Assembly (NCBI GenBank): GCA_033762115.1
Contig: JANRLX010000080.1
Coordinates: forward strand, 1-49,815
Direction: 5' to 3'
Source of the DNA: Verrucomicrobiota bacterium
GTDB taxonomy: Bacteria > Verrucomicrobiota > Verrucomicrobiia > Limisphaerales > SXQI01
DNA length: 49,815 nucleotides
Translations under genes and position numbers: made by a program
Shown: positions 34,650-45,432 of the stretch, piece after piece
Position numbering within the stretch: position 1 is the stretch's first letter
Layout: each line of letters starts with the position of its first letter
Notes under the pieces: generated by a model
The model's input: the letters and a program-made list of their open reading frames with translations, nothing else
Told to the model about the DNA's origin: nothing
The model's database searches: none

Positions 34650-37187
34650 ATGAAACTCCCCGGCTGGTTGCAGCGCTTAACTGTGGGATTCTTCGCGGGA
34701 ATTGCCGCTCTCAGCATGGCCGCGGGGGTCCGCGCTGATCTGGGAAAGGCCGAAAAGGACTACCGCATCGGCGATTACGAAAACGTTGCCAAAGCCGCCA
34801 CCGCAGCCATTGAAGACAAGGAACGTGAAGAACAATGGCGGGTTCTCCTCGTTCGTTCCCTCATGAACCTGGGCCGCTATCCTGAAGCGGAGGAAGCCGC
34901 CCGTGCTGCGTTGCGCCGTTATTACTACAGCGTCAGCATGCGAATCCTCGCCTACGATGCCTTTCAGTATGCCGGAAAAGCCGACGATGCCGCCCGCATG
35001 CTCCAGGAAATCAACGAACTGGGCTCCAACCGGCGCTTCGGCTATCGCGATGCCGAAACCCAGGTCGCTCTCGGAAAGGGAGCCATCCTCCTCGGCGCTG
35101 ACCCCAAACTGGTCCTCGATAACTTTTATGAACCCGCCAAAAAACAAGCCAAACTCAGGGAAGCCTGGCTCGCCGCCGGGCAGCTCGCTCTGGATAAAGG
35201 CGACTACTCCCTCGCCTCACGCCAATTCGAGTCCGGCCTGAAGGAATTTCCTGATGACCCCGACCTGCTCTGGGGATTGGCCGCCGCCTTTGCTCCTTCC
35301 GACCGGATGGAAATGCTCGTTCGCCTCGAAAAAGCCCTCGAAATTAACAAAAATCACACTCCATCCCTCCTTCTCCTGGCCGAACATTCCATCGACTCAG
35401 AAGATTACAAGCAATCCGCCGAGTTGCTGGACAGGGTCCGAAAGATCAATCCTCACGAACCCAAAGCCAGCGCCTTCAAGGCACTCCTCCATTTGCTGAA
35501 AAATGAAAATGACTCTGCCGAACAAAGCCGCCTGGCCGGGTTGAAATATTGGACCAACAACGCCGCTGTCGATTACTGGATCGGCCTCAAACTCTCCCAT
35601 AAATATCGCTTTAAAGAAGGTGCCGAACGCCAGCGCCAGGCCTTGCGCTTCAATCCTGATTACCTGCCTGCCCGCCTGCAATTGGCTAACGACCTGTTGC
35701 GCCTCGGCAACGAAGAACAGGGATGGCAACTCGCCAGCCAGGTCCATGAAAAGGATGCCTACGATGTCGGCGCCTACAATCTGGTCACCCTCAGCGACAA
35801 GATCAAGCGGTTCGAAACTCTTACCAACGAACATTTCGTCCTGCGGATGGACCCAGCGGAAAAAGCTGTTTACGGCAAGGATCTCCTCGAACTGCTCGAG
35901 CAGGCCCGCACCAATCTATGCGCCAAATACGGCCTCACCAATCATGGAACCATTCTCGTCGAAATTTTTCCCGAGCAAAAAGATTTCGCAGTCCGCACGT
36001 TTGGAATGCCCGGCGGTGAAAATTACCTCGGCGTCTGTTTCGGCAATGTCATCACCGCCAACAGCCCGGCCGCCCAGGCCCACAGCCCCTCCAATTGGAA
36101 AGCCATGATCTGGCACGAATTTTGTCACGTCGTGACACTCCACCTCACCGAAAATAAAATGCCCCGCTGGTTAAGCGAAGGCATTTCCGTTTTCGAGGAA
36201 CGAAACGCCGACCCTTCCTGGGGGGAACAGATCAATCCCGAATATCGCCAGATGATTCTCGATGGGGAAATGGCCGCGATCACCAACCTGACCAGTTTGT
36301 TCATGTCCCCCAAATCAGGATTGCACCTCCAGTTCGCCTATTATCAATCCTCCCTTGTTGTTGAATACCTCGTCCGGGAAAAGGGCATCGAACCGCTCAA
36401 ACAGCTCTTGCGTGATTTGGGCAGGGGCGTGCCCTTGAACGACGCTCTCGCCAACGCTTATGGCGATTTGGACCGCCTCGAAAAAACCTTCCTCACCTTC
36501 GCCAGGGAAAAAGCCCGCGAAATGGGCCCCGATCTTTTTTTCAAAAAAAAATCCGGCCAGCTTGACCTGGCCAGGGCCAAAGCTCCCGCAATCAACAGCA
36601 TGCCGCAGGAGGAAAATTTTTATGCCCTGAAGGAAAAGGCGGCCCAGGCCATGGAACAAAAAAAATGGGAGGAAGCCATTCCCCATTTGCAAAAAATTCT
36701 CCAAACTTACCCTGCCGAGACCGGCAACGGCAGCGCCCGCATGCTTTTGGCCGAATGTTATCGTGAATTGGACCGCGGAGAAGAAGAACGAAAACTCCTC
36801 GCCGAACTCTCCCTCCTGGATGCTGATGCCTTGCCCGTTTACCTCCGCCTCATCGAACTGGATGCCCGCGCTGAAAAATGGGATTCAGTCTCCCGCCAGT
36901 TCGAACGCGCGTTTGCCGTCAACCCGTTCCTCCCGCAAATCTATACCGCCGCCGCCACAGCCGCGGAAAAAACCGGCAACAAGGACCGCGCCCTCGACCT
37001 GCATCGAAAACACCTCGCCCAGGAACCGCTCGACCGCGCCGAAACCCACTATTCCATCGCCCGGCTGCTGGCAGCCGAAAACCGCGAGCAGGCCCGCTTT
37101 CATTTGCTCAACGCCCTTGAAGAGTCCCCCAGATTCAGGAAAGCGCTTGAACTCCTCCAACAAGTCACCCTCCAGGAGGCAAATTGA
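34650..37187 (+). CDS. Exported TPR-repeat protein with a zinc metallopeptidase (MA clan) domain
   Basis: Signal peptide from ATG 34650, multiple TPR-like repeats flanking HEFCH..MPRWLSEG..AYYQS (gluzincin-type). Confidence 0.82.
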   Translation: MKLPGWLQRLTVGFFAGIAALSMAAGVRADLGKAEKDYRIGDYENVAKAATAAIEDKEREEQWRVLLVRSLMNLGRYPEAEEAARAALRRYYYSVSMRILAYDAFQYAGKADDAARMLQEINELGSNRRFGYRDAETQVALGKGAILLGADPKLVLDNFYEPAKKQAKLREAWLAAGQLALDKGDYSLASRQFESGLKEFPDDPDLLWGLAAAFAPSDRMEMLVRLEKALEINKNHTPSLLLLAEHSIDSEDYKQSAELLDRVRKINPHEPKASAFKALLHLLKNENDSAEQSRLAGLKYWTNNAAVDYWIGLKLSHKYRFKEGAERQRQALRFNPDYLPARLQLANDLLRLGNEEQGWQLASQVHEKDAYDVGAYNLVTLSDKIKRFETLTNEHFVLRMDPAEKAVYGKDLLELLEQARTNLCAKYGLTNHGTILVEIFPEQKDFAVRTFGMPGGENYLGVCFGNVITANSPAAQAHSPSNWKAMIWHEFCHVVTLHLTENKMPRWLSEGISVFEERNADPSWGEQINPEYRQMILDGEMAAITNLTSLFMSPKSGLHLQFAYYQSSLVVEYLVREKGIEPLKQLLRDLGRGVPLNDALANAYGDLDRLEKTFLTFAREKAREMGPDLFFKKKSGQLDLARAKAPAINSMPQEENFYALKEKAAQAMEQKKWEEAIPHLQKILQTYPAETGNGSARMLLAECYRELDRGEEERKLLAELSLLDADALPVYLRLIELDARAEKWDSVSRQFERAFAVNPFLPQIYTAAATAAEKTGNKDRALDLHRKHLAQEPLDRAETHYSIARLLAAENREQARFHLLNALEESPRFRKALELLQQVTLQEAN

Positions 37188-37262
37188 ATTGCAAATCGCA
37201 CCAGGATCGCGGAGAATTCAGCAAAGGAGATCAAGTTCGTTCCCACACCGTAACGCATTGAT

Positions 37263-38717
37263 ATGAGAGCTGGAGAGTTGGACCCCCCGAACAAACCCAT
37301 CCGTGTTTTGTTGATCGATGACGACCAGGATTCCTTCATCCTCACCAAGCATCATCTCTCAAAAATCCAGAGCAACTCCCTCCATCTCGAATGGGCCTCC
37401 AGCTACGAAAAAGGCTACGAGGGAATCCTCGCGGGCAAACATGACGTCTTCCTCCTCGATTACCGCCTCGGCGGGCGCAACGGCCTCGAACTCCTCAGGG
37501 AAGCCCTCGCAAACGGATGCAAGGCCCCCATCATCATGCTCACTTCGGAAAACCCGCAGGTCGACGCCCAGGCCATGCAACTCGGTGCAGCCGATTTTTT
37601 GAGCAAGGACAAACTCGATTCCGCCTTGCTCGAACGTTCCATTCGTTACTCCATCAAGCATTACAACACCCTGAAGGCATTGCGCGAAAGTGAATCCCAA
37701 CTCACTTCCTTCATGCAGAATGTTCCCTGCGCCGTCTTCATGAAAAACCTTGATGGCCGTTACGTCTATGCCAACGAGTCCTGCCAGAAAATGTTCCAGA
37801 AACAGGAACTCGTCGGAAAAAGTGACGCCGAACTATTGCCCAAACACCTGGCTCAAAAATTCAAGAACCTCGATCAACAGGTCCTCACCGCCCGCAAAGC
37901 TGTCCAGACCACCGAAACACTCCGCGGCGAAGATGGCCCCCGCTACTGGCTCACCACTCGCTTCCCCATCATGAATGACCTTGGGGAAACAACCATGTTC
38001 GGCGGTGCGGCCCTCGAAATTACAGAAACCAAACGCCTCGAAAAGGAAATCCAGGAAATCAGCGAAACCGAAAAACGGCGCATTGGTCAGGATCTCCACG
38101 ATGGCCTCGGCCAATCCCTCACCGGCATCGCCTGCATGGTCAAGGTCATCGAGCAAAAACTCGGCAGCAAAGGCCTTCCCGAAGCGGGCGACGCCCGCCG
38201 GATCACTTCCATGGTCAACGAAACCATCCAGCAGACACGCGACCTCGCACGCGGTTTATGCCCCGTTGAACTGGAAACCAACGGCCTTCAGGCCGCCCTC
38301 CAGGAACTCGTCACACGCGTCGAAAAACTCTTCAACGTCAAATGCGAACTGGCCGGCCCCACCTTTGTTCAGGTTTTTGATAATTCCGCGGCCGTCCACC
38401 TTTACCGCATCGCCCAGGAAGCCATCAACAACGCCATCAAGCATGGGAATGCCACCATGATCACCGTCTCCCTCATGCCGGTGAACAACCAATTGCAACT
38501 CATCATTCAGGATAACGGTTGCGGATTGCCCCGGACCCAGGAAAAACCGCGCGGCATGGGGCTGCGCGTCATGAATTATCGCGCCGGAATCATCGGCGCC
38601 ACCGTCACCGTCCAGAACGGAGAGGAATGCGGCACCATCGTCAAATGCGTCATGACCAACAACGATCCCCGCAAACAGGCCCGCCGCCCCGCCCCCAAAC
38701 CAGCCCTCGTCGAATAA
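37263..38717 (+). CDS. Cytoplasmic hybrid sensor kinase REC-PAS-HisKA_3-HATPase
   Basis: VLLIDDD..FLLDYRL receiver, PAS (FMKNLDGRYVYAN), RIGQDLHDGLGQ, YRIAQEAINNAIKH, DNGCG, GMGL. Confidence 0.9.
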   Translation: MRAGELDPPNKPIRVLLIDDDQDSFILTKHHLSKIQSNSLHLEWASSYEKGYEGILAGKHDVFLLDYRLGGRNGLELLREALANGCKAPIIMLTSENPQVDAQAMQLGAADFLSKDKLDSALLERSIRYSIKHYNTLKALRESESQLTSFMQNVPCAVFMKNLDGRYVYANESCQKMFQKQELVGKSDAELLPKHLAQKFKNLDQQVLTARKAVQTTETLRGEDGPRYWLTTRFPIMNDLGETTMFGGAALEITETKRLEKEIQEISETEKRRIGQDLHDGLGQSLTGIACMVKVIEQKLGSKGLPEAGDARRITSMVNETIQQTRDLARGLCPVELETNGLQAALQELVTRVEKLFNVKCELAGPTFVQVFDNSAAVHLYRIAQEAINNAIKHGNATMITVSLMPVNNQLQLIIQDNGCGLPRTQEKPRGMGLRVMNYRAGIIGATVTVQNGEECGTIVKCVMTNNDPRKQARRPAPKPALVE

Positions 38718-38725
38718 CCGGACCC

Positions 38726-39661
38726 CTATTTATCCTTTTCCCCGGAAGCCAGCAACGTCTTGAAAAAGGGCGGTTCCTCCTCCCGCGCCACAATCCCGAT
38801 TTCAATCCGCTTGAAACCGGCCGCCTCAATCCACAAATGCAGGTCCGATTCCTTGAATCCCAGCCACGTGTCCCCATAAAGGTCACGCGCCCGGTCAAAA
38901 TTATGCTCCATCAGATCCAGGATGATCATATGCCCTCCCGGCTTCAGGATGTTATAAGCCGAAGCAATCGCCCGCCCAGGCTCCTTCGCATGATGCAATG
39001 ACTGGCTGAGCAACACCACATCCACACTGTTCGGGTCGATCGGCGGCGCTTCAAGGTCCCCCTGCCTGAACTCAAGATTCGTCAGCCCGTTCTTTTTCGC
39101 TTTCTCCGCACCGAAATGGACCAGTTTCTCCGAATTATCCACCGCGATCACCTTTTTCGCCCGCCGCGCCAGCAATTCCGCCACCAATCCTTCACCTGAG
39201 CCAAGGTCCGCCACCGTCACAGACGGGATCAACCGCAACAGCAGATGCCCAAAAGCCTGCCACGAACGCCCCGGACCATAACTCCGGTCAAACCTCCCCG
39301 CCACCTGGTTAAAGTAAATTTGCGCCTGCTCCTGTCGCCGCGCCACCACCCGCTTCAGGTTCACCTTGTCCGCTTCCACATCCTCAATCTCTTCCGCACC
39401 CTGGATCGCCAGCCGAATAAATTCGCTCGCCACATCATCCGCATCCGAGTTAACCTTGTAAAACGTTCGTTTTCCGTCACGTCTTGATTCCAGAAGGGTG
39501 GCGTCCTGCAGCAGTCCCAGATGGGTCGAAATACGTGATTGACCCAGCCGGGTAATCTCCTGCAGCTCATTGACTGAGAGCTCTTCTTTGTGCAACAGCG
39601 CAAGGAGCCGAAGCCGGGTCGGATCGGAAAGTGCGCGGATCGCTTTTAATGTGCTAGACAT
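38726..39661 (-). CDS. ArsR-HTH / SAM-methyltransferase fusion regulator (SahR/SamR-like)
   Basis: ALSDPTRLRLL..ELSVNEL..QSRISTHL ArsR HTH fused to VADLGSGEG..AVDNS..GDLEAPP..LHH methyltransferase fold. Divergent from metK-ahcY. Confidence 0.88.
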   Translation of the reverse strand: MSSTLKAIRALSDPTRLRLLALLHKEELSVNELQEITRLGQSRISTHLGLLQDATLLESRRDGKRTFYKVNSDADDVASEFIRLAIQGAEEIEDVEADKVNLKRVVARRQEQAQIYFNQVAGRFDRSYGPGRSWQAFGHLLLRLIPSVTVADLGSGEGLVAELLARRAKKVIAVDNSEKLVHFGAEKAKKNGLTNLEFRQGDLEAPPIDPNSVDVVLLSQSLHHAKEPGRAIASAYNILKPGGHMIILDLMEHNFDRARDLYGDTWLGFKESDLHLWIEAAGFKRIEIGIVAREEEPPFFKTLLASGEKDK

Positions 39662-39695
39662 GGATAATTGAATTCAGATTAAATGAAACCGAATC

Positions 39696-39740
39696 AGATG
39701 GAATCAAAAATTTGACATCTACTTATCCTGATGCTTTAAT
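39696..39740 (+). promoter_or_regulatory. metK promoter with an overlapping palindrome (candidate SahR operator)
   Basis: TTGACA(39712)-N17-TTTAAT with a TG extension. The imperfect palindrome AGATG-gaa-TCAAA-aa-TTTGA-CATCT covers the -35. Confidence 0.6.
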
Positions 39741-39767
39741 GTTCATCCATTGATCGTATTTTAATTC

Positions 39768-40946
39768 ATGAGCCGTAAATATATTTTCTCTTCCGAGTCC
39801 GTCGGTGAAGGGCACCCCGACAAAGTCGCTGATACTATTTCAGACGCAGTATTAGACGCATGTCTCGCTCAAGACAAGCGAAGTCGTGTGGCTTGTGAAA
39901 CTTACGTCAAGAGCAACGTCGCCATTGTCGGCGGGGAAATCACCTCCAACGCCAAACTCGATTACGTTCAACTCGTCCGCGATGCCGTCCGCGAAATCGG
40001 CTATGTCAACGATGATGATGTCTTCCATGCCGACCGCATTTTCGTCATGAACATCCTCACCGGCCAGAGCCAGGACATCGCCCAGGGAGTCGATGCCAGG
40101 GCCGCTGAAGGAAAGGAAACTGCCGAGCAGGGCGCTGGCGACCAGGGCCTTATGTTCGGTTTCGCCTGTGATGAAACCCCTGAATTGATGCCTGCACCCG
40201 TCATGTTCGCCCATCGCTTGGGCCGCGAACTGACCCGCATTCGCAAGGCTGGCGAAGTGCCCTGGTTGCGTCCCGATGCCAAGAGCCAAGTGTCCGTGCT
40301 TTACCAGGATGGCAAACCGGTCCGCATCACCAACGTCGTGGTTTCCACCCAGCACGCCGCTAACGTCAAGCACAAGGTCATTCGTGATTTCATCATCAGG
40401 AACGTCATCCGCAAAGTGCTTCCGGCCGAAATGCTGGATAAACAAACTGAATTCTTAATCAACCCCACCGGCCGTTTCGTCGTCGGCGGCCCTCAGGGCG
40501 ACACCGGGCTCACCGGTCGCAAAATTATTGTGGATACCTACGGCGGCATGGGCCGCCACGGCGGCGGTGCCTTCAGCGGCAAGGACCCCTCAAAAGTGGA
40601 CCGCAGCGCCGCTTACATGGGCCGCTACGTCGCCAAGAACATTGTGGCAGCCGGTTTGGCCACACGCGCCGAAATCCAGTTCGCCTACGCCATCGGCCAT
40701 CCCCAACCAGTTTCAGTCTCCGTCGACACCTTTGGAACAGGCAAGATCAGTGACGAACAAATCACTGAAGCAGTGCAGGAAGTCTTCAGTTTCAAACCGG
40801 CGGATATTGTTAAACAGTTGAACCTCCTCCGCCCAATCTATTCGAAAACCACCAATTACGGCCATTTCGGAAAAATTGAAGACCTGGATTCAATCACCTG
40901 GGAAAAAGCAGATAAAGCCGGTGCGCTCAAGCGTGCGGTGAAGTAA
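39768..40946 (+). CDS. metK: S-adenosylmethionine synthetase
   Basis: [60 protein letters not shown]. Confidence 0.98.
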   Translation: MSRKYIFSSESVGEGHPDKVADTISDAVLDACLAQDKRSRVACETYVKSNVAIVGGEITSNAKLDYVQLVRDAVREIGYVNDDDVFHADRIFVMNILTGQSQDIAQGVDARAAEGKETAEQGAGDQGLMFGFACDETPELMPAPVMFAHRLGRELTRIRKAGEVPWLRPDAKSQVSVLYQDGKPVRITNVVVSTQHAANVKHKVIRDFIIRNVIRKVLPAEMLDKQTEFLINPTGRFVVGGPQGDTGLTGRKIIVDTYGGMGRHGGGAFSGKDPSKVDRSAAYMGRYVAKNIVAAGLATRAEIQFAYAIGHPQPVSVSVDTFGTGKISDEQITEAVQEVFSFKPADIVKQLNLLRPIYSKTTNYGHFGKIEDLDSITWEKADKAGALKRAVK

Positions 40947-40969
40947 GTTAGACACCACGATTTAGAAAT

Positions 40970-42325
40970 ATGCCAACATTAACCAAAGACGATACTCAAA
41001 AGGGGACTGCTAAAGCTCGCCTGGCCAACGATTACAAAGTCAAGGACATCAGCCTCGCTGAATGGGGCCGCAAGGAAATCACCATGGCCGAGCAGGAAAT
41101 GCCCGGTCTCATGGCTTTGCGCCGCGAATACGCTGGCAAATACCCCCTCAAGGGGGCCCGCATTGCAGGCTGCCTCCACATGACCATTGAAACCGCCGTC
41201 CTCATCGAAACCCTCGTCGAACTCGGCGCCGAAGTTCGCTGGTCCAGCTGCAACATTTTCTCCACCCAGGACCATGCCGCAGCCGCCATCGCCGCTCGTG
41301 GCATCCCAGTCTTCGCCTGGAAAGGAATGACCCTCGAGGAATTCGATTGGTGCATCGAACAAACCCTCCATTGGCCTGACGGTTCACAGCTGAACATGAT
41401 CCTCGATGACGGCGGCGACCTCACCAACATGTGCCACGACAAATACCCGGAACTGATGAAGCAGATTCACGGGCTTTCCGAGGAAACCACCACCGGTGTT
41501 CATCGCCTCGCTCATCGCGTCAAAAAAGGCACCCTCAAATGCCCCGCCATCAACATTAACGATTCCTGCACCAAATCAAAATTCGATAACCTCTACGGCT
41601 GCCGCGAATCCTTCGTCGACGCACTCAAACGCGCCACCGATATCATGATCGCCGGCAAAATCGTCGTCGTCTGCGGTTACGGTGACGTCGGCAAAGGCTG
41701 CGTCCAAAGCGCCCGCGGCCTCGGCGCCCGCGTCCTCGTCACTGAAATCGATCCCATCAATGCCTTGCAGGCCGCGATGGAAGGTTACCAGGTTGTCCGG
41801 ATCGAGGATGTCTGCCATGAAGCCGACATTTTCGTCACCACCACCGGCAATATCGATGTCATCACCCGCGCCCACATGGAAAAAATGAAAAGCGGCGCCA
41901 TCGTCTGCAACATCGGCCATTTCGACAGCGAAGTTCAGGTCGGCGCCCTTTACAACGATTCCACCCTCGAAAAAACCGAGATCAAGCCCCAGGTCGATAT
42001 GTTCACCTGGCCGAACGGCAAAGTCCTTTACGTCCTCGCCGAAGGCCGTCTCGTCAACCTCGGATGCGCCTCCGGCCATCCAAGCTTCGTCATGAGCGCC
42101 AGCTTCACCAACCAGGTCCTCGCCCAGATCGAACTCTGGCAGAACCGGGACAATGGCAAATACAAGGTCGGCCTCTATATCCTGCCAAAGGTGCTGGACG
42201 AAAAAGTCGCCCGGTTGCACCTCGACAAACTCGGTGTGAAACTCACAAAACTCACCCCTGAACAGGCTGAATACCTCGGCGTCCCGGCCGAAGGTCCTTT
42301 CAAGACCGACAACTACCGCTACTGA
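40970..42325 (+). CDS. ahcY: S-adenosylhomocysteine hydrolase
   Basis: [64 protein letters not shown]-terminus. Confidence 0.98.
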   Translation: MPTLTKDDTQKGTAKARLANDYKVKDISLAEWGRKEITMAEQEMPGLMALRREYAGKYPLKGARIAGCLHMTIETAVLIETLVELGAEVRWSSCNIFSTQDHAAAAIAARGIPVFAWKGMTLEEFDWCIEQTLHWPDGSQLNMILDDGGDLTNMCHDKYPELMKQIHGLSEETTTGVHRLAHRVKKGTLKCPAININDSCTKSKFDNLYGCRESFVDALKRATDIMIAGKIVVVCGYGDVGKGCVQSARGLGARVLVTEIDPINALQAAMEGYQVVRIEDVCHEADIFVTTTGNIDVITRAHMEKMKSGAIVCNIGHFDSEVQVGALYNDSTLEKTEIKPQVDMFTWPNGKVLYVLAEGRLVNLGCASGHPSFVMSASFTNQVLAQIELWQNRDNGKYKVGLYILPKVLDEKVARLHLDKLGVKLTKLTPEQAEYLGVPAEGPFKTDNYRY

Positions 42326-42340
42326 AATTTCCCATCTCAC

Positions 42341-42372
42341 AAGCGGAGGCTGGCAACAGCTTCCGCTTTTTT
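42341..42372 (+). terminator. Intrinsic terminator of metK-ahcY
   Basis: AAGCGGAGGCTG-GCAA-CAGCTTCCGCTT followed by a T tract. Confidence 0.85.
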
Positions 42373-42378
42373 ATTTCC

Positions 42379-42561
42379 ATGAATGGTGACTCCACCGAAA
42401 TCCAATGCCCCTTCTGCGGACAAAGCTTCGAACTGCTCATCGATACCAGCGTCCACTCACAACGATTCGTCACCGATTGCGAAATTTGCTGCCGCCCCTT
42501 CGAAGTCATTGCCGAATGTGAGGACGGCGAGATTTTGTCGGTGGACGTCCTCTCGAATTAG
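42379..42561 (+). CDS. CPXCG-motif cysteine-rich small protein
   Basis: 60 aa, QCPFCGQ..IDTS..Q.FVTDCEICCRP. Confidence 0.85.
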   Translation: MNGDSTEIQCPFCGQSFELLIDTSVHSQRFVTDCEICCRPFEVIAECEDGEILSVDVLSN

Positions 42562-42576
42562 TGAAATGGTTTTCCA

Positions 42577-42867
42577 ATGGGAAATGACCTGACAATTCTT
42601 TGGATTTATATCGTTTTGCTCGTCGCTGGCGGAGTCGTCGGCTTCCTCAAGGCAGGCAGCAAGGCCTCCTTGATCGCTTCCGTTTCCTTCGGCGCAATCC
42701 TCAGTTTGTTTGCCTTGAACATCCTCCCTTACCACTATCATCTCTACGTCCTCATTTTCCTCCTCATCTTCTTCGGGATGCGCTTCGCCAAATCGAAAAA
42801 AATGATGCCCAACGGCTTGATGGTCATCCTCACCATCCTCGCCCTCGCCCTGCCGCGCCTCCTTTAA
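42577..42867 (+). CDS. TMEM14-family membrane protein
   Basis: YIVLLVAGGVVGFLKAGSKASLIAS..RFAKSKKMMPNGL. Confidence 0.85.
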   Translation: MGNDLTILWIYIVLLVAGGVVGFLKAGSKASLIASVSFGAILSLFALNILPYHYHLYVLIFLLIFFGMRFAKSKKMMPNGLMVILTILALALPRLL

Positions 42868-42879
42868 AGTCATCTTCCC

Positions 42880-45429
42880 TTGGAGAGAACCCTTCCCATC
42901 TGGCAGATACATGGTGAGATTCTGCGGGCTTTGGCCAGCGGAAACCGCGCTGTCCTGATTGCCCCCACCGGCTCCGGCAAAACCACCCAGGTCCCACAGA
43001 TCTGCCTCGATCACGGCCTCGCCGGTTCCGGCAAAATCGTCGTCCTGCAACCGCGTCGCGTCGCCGCCCGCACAGTCGCCGCGCGCGTCGCCCAGGAACG
43101 CGGCGTCACTCTCGGTCAGGAAGTGGGTTACCAGGTCCGCTTCGAGGATGAAACCAGCCTCGGCACACGCATCTGTTTTGTCACCGAAGGGATTCTCCTC
43201 CGCTGGCTCCACGATTCCCCCACCCTGAAGGATGTCGCAGTCATTCTGTTCGATGAATTTCACGAGCGAAACCTTTTAAGCGATGTCGCCCTCGGGCTCG
43301 TGAAACGAATCCAGGAACAGTCGCGGCCCGACCTGAAATTGCTCGTCATGTCAGCCACTCTCGAAGCTGAACCCATTGCAAAATACCTCGGCGGCGCCCC
43401 CGTCCTGGTTTCGGAAGGAAGGATGTTCCCCGTCGAGATTCAGTTCCAGGAGCATCATGATGAACGGCCCCTCACCGAGCAGGCTGCTGATGCGGTCGAA
43501 AAAATCCTCCGCGCTGGCGATGAAGGGGACATTCTCGTTTTCATGCCCGGCATGGGTGAAATCAATGCCACCATCAATGCCTGTAAAACCATCCGGAGCA
43601 ATGAACGCATCACGCTGATCCCGCTTCACGGGGAATTGCCCCCGGAACAACAGGACATCGCATTCCTTCCCCATCCTCACCGGAAAATCATCGTCTCCAC
43701 CAATGTCGCTGAAACCTCCGTCACGATTGATGGCATCCGCCATGTGGTGGATAGCGGGGTGGCGCGCATATCCCGTTTCGATCATGAGCGCGGCATCGGC
43801 ACTTTGTTCCTCGAGGAAATCAGCCGCGCCTCCGCCGACCAAAGGGCCGGGCGCGCCGGGCGCACCGCGCCGGGAAGCTGCCAGCGCCTTTGGACCGAAA
43901 GCAACCACCTCAATCGCCCCGCCCGCAACACCCCCGAAATTCAACGCGCCGATCTTGCCGAAGCAGTCCTGCTGCTGCATTCACTCGGAATCAAAAGCGC
44001 AATTGACTTCGAATGGATCGATTCCCCGGACGCGCAATCCATCCGCCGCGCCGAGGAATTGCTCAGGAACCTCGGTGCCTTGACTCATGAAGGGGAAATC
44101 ACCCCGGTCGGACGGCAGATGTTGAAACTGCCAATGCACCCACGCTATTCCCGAATGCTCGTGGAAGCAGTGAAACATCGCTGCGTTCGTGCCGCCGCCC
44201 TGTGCGCCGCGCTGGTCAGTGGACGCGATTTGTTGATGCGCCTCGGCAGGGACGAGAAACATATCAGCGAAGCACGGGAACTGTTTGAAGGGAGCGCTGA
44301 ATCCGATTTCTACACCTTGATGCGTGCCTTTGAGTTTGCCCGGAAGAACAACTTTGCTCTCGAAAGTTGCCGCCGCTACGGCATTCACGCCCAATCAGCT
44401 CGGCAGGTCGAGCAAACCTTTGCTCAAATCCTTGAGATTTGCAAAAGACACAAATTGATCGCCGAGGAAGGAGAAGCAATCGCTCCGGATGCCCTGCCCC
44501 GCTCCATCATGACCGGCTTCGTGGACCAACTCTGCGTGCGCCGGGACAAGGGAAGCCTCGAATGCGCCCTGGCCGGAAACCGCTCCGGCACGCTGATGCG
44601 GGAAAGTGTCGTCCAGCATGCGGAGCTGTTCGTCGCTTCCAGCATCCGCGAGGTGCAGGGGCGCACCGGCGCAATGACATTGCTCGGGCTGGCCACCGCC
44701 ATCAAACTCGAATGGCTCAGGGAACTCTTTCCCCAACACCTCTCGAGCAGCGTCGAACATCTCTATGACCGGGGACACAAACGGGTCGCGGCAGTCCGCT
44801 TGCTTCGCTTCCAGGATCTGGTCCTGGGAATCGAACATCAGCCGGAAGTGGAACCGAAAGCTTCCGGGAAAGCCTTGGCCGAGGCGCACCTCCGCGGTTG
44901 GTTTGAATTGCCTCTCCTCAACCATGAGATCAAACAGTTCATCAATCGCAATCGCCTGCTCGCCTTGAATTATCCTGACCTGGGATGGCCCCGCTTTGAT
45001 AAAAATGAAATGCTCCTCGTTTTGACCGAGGCCTTTCGCGGACTCCACCTGGCAAAGGAAGCGCAAGGCGCGGAACTCAAACCGGCTTTTATGGAGCAAC
45101 TCGATCCCGCCCATCGCGGATGGCTGGATGAACTGGCCCCATTGACCATACCCTGGCTCGAGGGAAAAAAAGTGAAACTCAGCTATCCGGACCCTGCGGA
45201 GGAGGAAGAGGAAATCGTGCCGGAACTGCAGGTCAAACTGCATGAAATTCTCCAGCTTCAGGAACATCCGGCAATTTGCGAAGGGAAAGTGCCGCTCAGA
45301 TTGTGGCTCGCCTCGCCGGAAGGAAAACGGCTGGCCTCCACGCGTGACTGGCCGAAATTCAGGCAGATCGAATACCCGAAACTCAAGCCGGAGTTAAAGC
45401 GGAAATACCCCGGCTTTACCTGGCTGTAA
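42880..45429 (+). CDS. hrpB: ATP-dependent DEAH-box helicase HrpB
   Basis: APTGSGKTT, QPRRVAAR, DEFHER, MSAT, STNVAETSVTI, QRAGRAGR, and C-terminal WPKFR..YP.LK.EL..KYP. Confidence 0.9.
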   Translation: MERTLPIWQIHGEILRALASGNRAVLIAPTGSGKTTQVPQICLDHGLAGSGKIVVLQPRRVAARTVAARVAQERGVTLGQEVGYQVRFEDETSLGTRICFVTEGILLRWLHDSPTLKDVAVILFDEFHERNLLSDVALGLVKRIQEQSRPDLKLLVMSATLEAEPIAKYLGGAPVLVSEGRMFPVEIQFQEHHDERPLTEQAADAVEKILRAGDEGDILVFMPGMGEINATINACKTIRSNERITLIPLHGELPPEQQDIAFLPHPHRKIIVSTNVAETSVTIDGIRHVVDSGVARISRFDHERGIGTLFLEEISRASADQRAGRAGRTAPGSCQRLWTESNHLNRPARNTPEIQRADLAEAVLLLHSLGIKSAIDFEWIDSPDAQSIRRAEELLRNLGALTHEGEITPVGRQMLKLPMHPRYSRMLVEAVKHRCVRAAALCAALVSGRDLLMRLGRDEKHISEARELFEGSAESDFYTLMRAFEFARKNNFALESCRRYGIHAQSARQVEQTFAQILEICKRHKLIAEEGEAIAPDALPRSIMTGFVDQLCVRRDKGSLECALAGNRSGTLMRESVVQHAELFVASSIREVQGRTGAMTLLGLATAIKLEWLRELFPQHLSSSVEHLYDRGHKRVAAVRLLRFQDLVLGIEHQPEVEPKASGKALAEAHLRGWFELPLLNHEIKQFINRNRLLALNYPDLGWPRFDKNEMLLVLTEAFRGLHLAKEAQGAELKPAFMEQLDPAHRGWLDELAPLTIPWLEGKKVKLSYPDPAEEEEEIVPELQVKLHEILQLQEHPAICEGKVPLRLWLASPEGKRLASTRDWPKFRQIEYPKLKPELKRKYPGFTWL

Positions 45430-45432
45430 GCG

